A DNA stretch of 64,000 nucleotides from the NCBI GenBank assembly GCA_002780005.1, contig PEWV01000075.1:14133-78132 (forward strand), read 5' to 3'. This DNA comes from Candidatus Aquitaenariimonas noxiae. Lineage in GTDB: Bacteria; Omnitrophota; Gorgyraeia; Aquitaenariimonadales; Aquitaenariimonadaceae. Below, piece by piece: positions 61,401 through 64,000 of the stretch. Made by a program: the position numbers and the translations under genes. Each line of letters starts with the position of its first letter. Within the stretch, counting starts at the first letter, position 1. Below the pieces are notes generated by a model. The model saw only the letters and a list, made by a program, of their open reading frames with translations, made no database searches and was not told the origin of the DNA.

Positions 61401-62952
61401 ATAAAGCTTGAGGCTTCTTCGATAAGAAGGCATGAGGCGTGTCATTACCCATGGAGCCTACGGGTTCTTTTCCGTCTTCAGCCATAGGCTTTATGATCAC
61501 TTTGACATCTTCCCGGGAATAACCAAAGGCCTTGAGATAGGATACTATATCTTCGGATTTTTGACTTTTCACACTACTACTGGTAAGTTTTCCAAGATCA
61601 ACCATGTTCTCGGCATTCCATTCTTCATACGGACAACGGGCGGATACGCTCTTTTTTATCTCAGAATCATGCACAATAGAGCCCAATTCTGTATCTATAA
61701 AAAAGATCTTACCCGGCTCAAGTCTCCCGGAAACCTTAATGCTAGAGGGCTCTATGTCGAGAACGCCGACTTCGGACGCCATAACCACAAAATCGTTTTT
61801 GGTTACGATGTAACGGGCAGGGCGCAAACCATTCCTGTCAAGCACGGCCCCAATACATCTTCCGTCGGTAAAGGCTACTGCCGCCGGGCCGTCCCACGGT
61901 TCCATAAAACAGGCGTGATATTTGTAAAACTCTTTGAGTTCTTTGTTCATAAATTTATTGTGCTCCCAGGCCTCCGGGATCAGCATCATCATAGCGTGTT
62001 CAAGGGGCCTGCCGGATAACACTAAAAGTTCAAAGAAGTTATCGATCGTGGCCGAATCGCTTCCGCCTTCAACGATAACAGGCTTCGCCTTCTCTATATC
62101 CGTGCCGAATAATTCGCTTGCGATCAACCTCTCTCTCGCGCTCACCCAATTTATATTGCCGCGCAGGGTGTTTATTTCCCCGTTATGAGCTAAAAACCTA
62201 AAGGGCTGCGCCAGATCCCAGGTCGGAAACGTATTGGTGCTGTAACGGGAATGTACTAACGAAATAGCGCTTTCAATATTTTCATTTTTCAGATCAATGA
62301 AAAAATCTCCAAGCTGACTCGGCGTCAATAACCCTTTATAACTCAACGTCCTGGATGAAAGGTTGGTAATATAAAAAAATAATTTCTGCTTTAGCTCTGA
62401 TGCGCGGATAGTTTTTTCTATTTGCCTGCGAATAACATATAGCTTGCGCTCAAAGGAAAGCGCATCCTTGGCATTTTTACCCTGCGCTATAAAGATCTGG
62501 CGGATCACGGGTTTTGTCTCTTTTGCGGTTGTGCCTATTATAGAATCATTTACAGGCACATCCCTCCATCCGAGTATTTTTTGCCCTTCTTCCTCTACGA
62601 TTTTATCAAATATGCCTATGCAAAAATTCAGTTCCTGCTTATCCGTAGGCAGAAAGATGAGCCCCGTACCGTAAGTGCCGGGATCGGGCAGGGAAACCCC
62701 TGCCCGACGGCATTCTTCCGACAAAAACTTATGAGGGATCTGGATAAGGATACCAGCGCCGTCCCCTGTATTAGGATCGGCGCCAACGGCTCCGCGGTGG
62801 CTCAAACGGTTTAGGACCTTAAGCCCCTGCCTTATAATTTCGTGGGATCTCCTACCTTTAATATCACAGACAAATCCCACGCCGCAGCTGTCATGTTCGA
62901 ACTGCGGGTCATAAAGCCCCTGTTTATGAGGAAACCGGTTATGCATCGTCAT
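58411..62952 (-). CDS. gltB: glutamate synthase large subunit
   Basis: 1513 aa; Ntn Cys (HDSCGVGFV), central, FMN and C-terminal GXGXG domains. Confidence 0.9.
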   Translation of the reverse strand: MTMHNRFPHKQGLYDPQFEHDSCGVGFVCDIKGRRSHEIIRQGLKVLNRLSHRGAVGADPNTGDGAGILIQIPHKFLSEECRRAGVSLPDPGTYGTGLIFLPTDKQELNFCIGIFDKIVEEEGQKILGWRDVPVNDSIIGTTAKETKPVIRQIFIAQGKNAKDALSFERKLYVIRRQIEKTIRASELKQKLFFYITNLSSRTLSYKGLLTPSQLGDFFIDLKNENIESAISLVHSRYSTNTFPTWDLAQPFRFLAHNGEINTLRGNINWVSARERLIASELFGTDIEKAKPVIVEGGSDSATIDNFFELLVLSGRPLEHAMMMLIPEAWEHNKFMNKELKEFYKYHACFMEPWDGPAAVAFTDGRCIGAVLDRNGLRPARYIVTKNDFVVMASEVGVLDIEPSSIKVSGRLEPGKIFFIDTELGSIVHDSEIKKSVSARCPYEEWNAENMVDLGKLTSSSVKSQKSEDIVSYLKAFGYSREDVKVIIKPMAEDGKEPVGSMGNDTPHAFLSKKPQALYNYFKQLFAQVTNPPIDPIREKLVMSLESFIGPEKNILEETPKHSHKLMVKNPILTDDELERIRDISINGFKTKTIYTFFDAASGREGFVRALERISFEAEYAIEKGYSFIILSDRGSGKDNIALPSLLATSAVHQHLVRKTIRSQVAIIIESAEPREVHHFALLFGYGADCVNPYLAYEGIEYLITQKEIRLELKSALKNYNKALTDGILKILSKMGISTLRSYRGAQIFEALGLDNEFIDKYFTGTVSRIGGVGLSGIADEYISRHMSAYYERDIDSPYLSSGGIYQWKKDGESHLWNPETIHALQDATLENSYDRYREFANIINDQSANPTTLRSLFKFSSEKTKAIPINEVEPIENIMRRFATGAMSFGSISRLAHETIAIAMNRIGGKSNTGEGGEDPNRFITLPNGDSRRSAIKQVASGRFGVTTNYLVNADEIQIKIAQGAKPGEGGQLPGHKVSEIIARTRYTTPGVTLISPPPHHDIYSIEDLAQLIFDLKNVNPTARISVKLVSEIGVGTVAAGVAKGRADMILISGGDGGTGASPLSSIRYAGLPWELGLSETHQTLVLNNLRSRTRIQTDGQMRTGRDVAIAALLGAEEYGFCTAVLIVMGCVMLRHCHLNNCSVGVATQDDILQKHFSGRPEYIVNYFRFVAQELREIMASLGVRTIDEMIGRTDLLHVNKNLIPLKVKEIDYSKILYKPDLPESVGRYCKSKQESGLDTVLDKELIKLCKDAFEKNKPVKLSLEINNTNRATGTMLSGEVTRKCGDGILLEDTIMCKFRGIAGQSFGAFLAKGITLELEGMANDYVGKGISGGKIIIYQDRTAQYKPDENIIIGNTTFYGAISGEAYICGVAGERFCVRNSGLHAVVEGVGDHGCEYMTGGRIIILGKTGRNFAAGMSGGIAYVYDEDGTFKDKCNMDMIKLEGMKEGDKDVIYHLLHNHFKYTKSEKAKKITGNMREELKKFVKVIPIEYKRILEGIKVEEKLDLVEASDG

Positions 62953-62963
62953 TAAAACTCTCC

Positions 62964-64000
62964 CTACAGAATCGGTAGATACTTTTCAAGCTCATACTGT
63001 GAAACCTGGATCCTGTAATCATCCCATTCTTTCTTTTTTAACTCAACAAACCTTGGGAATATGTGGTCTCCCAATATTTTTTTAACAAGTTTACTTTCTT
63101 CGGTTATTGCTATTGCCGCGCCAAGACTGTCAGGCAATGTTTCTATGCCTTTTTCTTTTCTTTCGATATCTGTCAAATGGTACAGGTTCTTATCCATAGG
63201 GGCCGGCGCTTTATACCTTTTTTCTATACCCTCAAGGCCTGCGTGAAGCATTGCCGCAAAGGTAAGATATGGGTTGCAAGCCGGGTCGCAGGCCCTGAAC
63301 TCACATCTTGTTGCCTTTTCTTTTCCCGGATAGTAAAGCGGTACCCTTATAAGCGCGCTCCTGTTCCTCCTGCTCCAGGCTATATAGACTGGCGCTTCAT
63401 AACCAGGCACAAGCCTCTTGTAGGAGTTTACCGTCTGGGCAAATATTGAACATATCTCTTTTGAATGTTTCAGGAGGCCCGCTATATAGTAATGGGCTGT
63501 CTCGGAAAGGCCATCTTTTGCCTTAGGGTCAAAAAACGTATTCTTCTCGCCCTTAAACAGGGACTGGTGCGTATGCATACCGGAACCGTTCTGACCGAAG
63601 ATAGGCTTTGGCATAAAAGTAGCGTATACGCCGAATTTATTGGCTATTTCTTTAACGGCCACCCTGTATGATATAACATTATCGGCCATCTTTAGGGCAT
63701 CGTCATATCTCATGTCAACCTCATGCTGGGAAGGGGCAACTTCATGGTGCGAGTACTCTATACGCACGCCCATCTTCTCAAGAGCCAGTACCGTTTCTCT
63801 TCTGAGATCGCTTGCCACATCGAGAGTCGTCAGATCGAAATACCCGCCTTTATCCAAGATACCTGTCCCCTGATCGTTCTTGAAATAGAAGAACTCCAGT
63901 TCCGGCCCGACATAATAATGGTCATAACCCATTTTCTTTGCCCGCTCAATGGCTCTTTTCAAAACGTAACGCGGATCGCCTTCATAAGGCGTTTTGTCCG
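62964..64000 (-). CDS. glnA: glutamine synthetase type I (5' end beyond window)
   Basis: Frame stays open upstream of the ORF-track TTG to the window edge (..DKTPYEGDPRYV..). Catalytic-domain motifs follow: GPELEFFYF, NGSGMHTHQSLF, adenylylation-loop region. Confidence 0.85.
   Translation of the reverse strand, partial: DKTPYEGDPRYVLKRAIERAKKMGYDHYYVGPELEFFYFKNDQGTGILDKGGYFDLTTLDVASDLRRETVLALEKMGVRIEYSHHEVAPSQHEVDMRYDDALKMADNVISYRVAVKEIANKFGVYATFMPKPIFGQNGSGMHTHQSLFKGEKNTFFDPKAKDGLSETAHYYIAGLLKHSKEICSIFAQTVNSYKRLVPGYEAPVYIAWSRRNRSALIRVPLYYPGKEKATRCEFRACDPACNPYLTFAAMLHAGLEGIEKRYKAPAPMDKNLYHLTDIERKEKGIETLPDSLGAAIAITEESKLVKKILGDHIFPRFVELKKKEWDDYRIQVSQYELEKYLPIL

Overview
AT-rich bacterial chromosomal window, apparently from an anaerobe. 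Every supportable gene (about 75) lies on the minus strand, tightly packed, with GGAGG-type Shine-Dalgarno sites. It reads as four functional blocks. (1) 1-5.7 kb: queuosine precursor genes (queE partial, queC, queD), ferredoxin, a thiol-redox module (TlpA-like, CcdA, thioredoxin), transaldolase and rpe. (2) 5.8-22.3 kb: a secretin-less type IV pilus cluster (PilP-like, PilO-like, PilM-N fusion, PilX-like large secreted protein, three minor pilins with unusually long leaders, a major pilin whose ATG is one nucleotide out of frame, pilC, pilB). It is followed by a dense signalling block of three histidine kinases and four stand-alone CheY-like receivers. Two of the kinases and PilB carry c-di-GMP-related modules. 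(3) 22.4-42.1 kb: an oxygen/ROS-detoxification and metal island: trxB, glutaredoxin, desulforedoxin and rubredoxin (both below the ORF-track size cutoff), rubrerythrin, FprA/ROO, superoxide reductase, reverse rubrerythrin, DJ-1, Tpx, ZIP transporter, a VIT family gene with an in-frame stop, YHS-domain proteins, an Rrf2 regulator with a shared promoter/operator palindrome, and an orphan PtsI. (4) 42.2-64 kb: one co-oriented string made up almost entirely of glutamine-amidotransferase systems plus glutamine synthetase: purF, hisFH, guaA, split carB N-half, carA, pyrG, purLQS, gltBD, glnA partial. It is interrupted only by a frameshifted PEP/pyruvate-binding-domain gene. The most unusual sequence-level signal is a 13-14 bp motif (consensus ATCTCTAACGGGGT, tenmer TCTAACGGGG). 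It occurs 9 times, mostly as perfect inverted pairs bracketing the translation start of two pseudopilin genes and hisF, and as an intergenic hairpin. Other notable signals are 4x7-nt heptamer repeats shared by hisF and hisH, several long palindromes, and two strongly SD-led Cys-containing sORFs.
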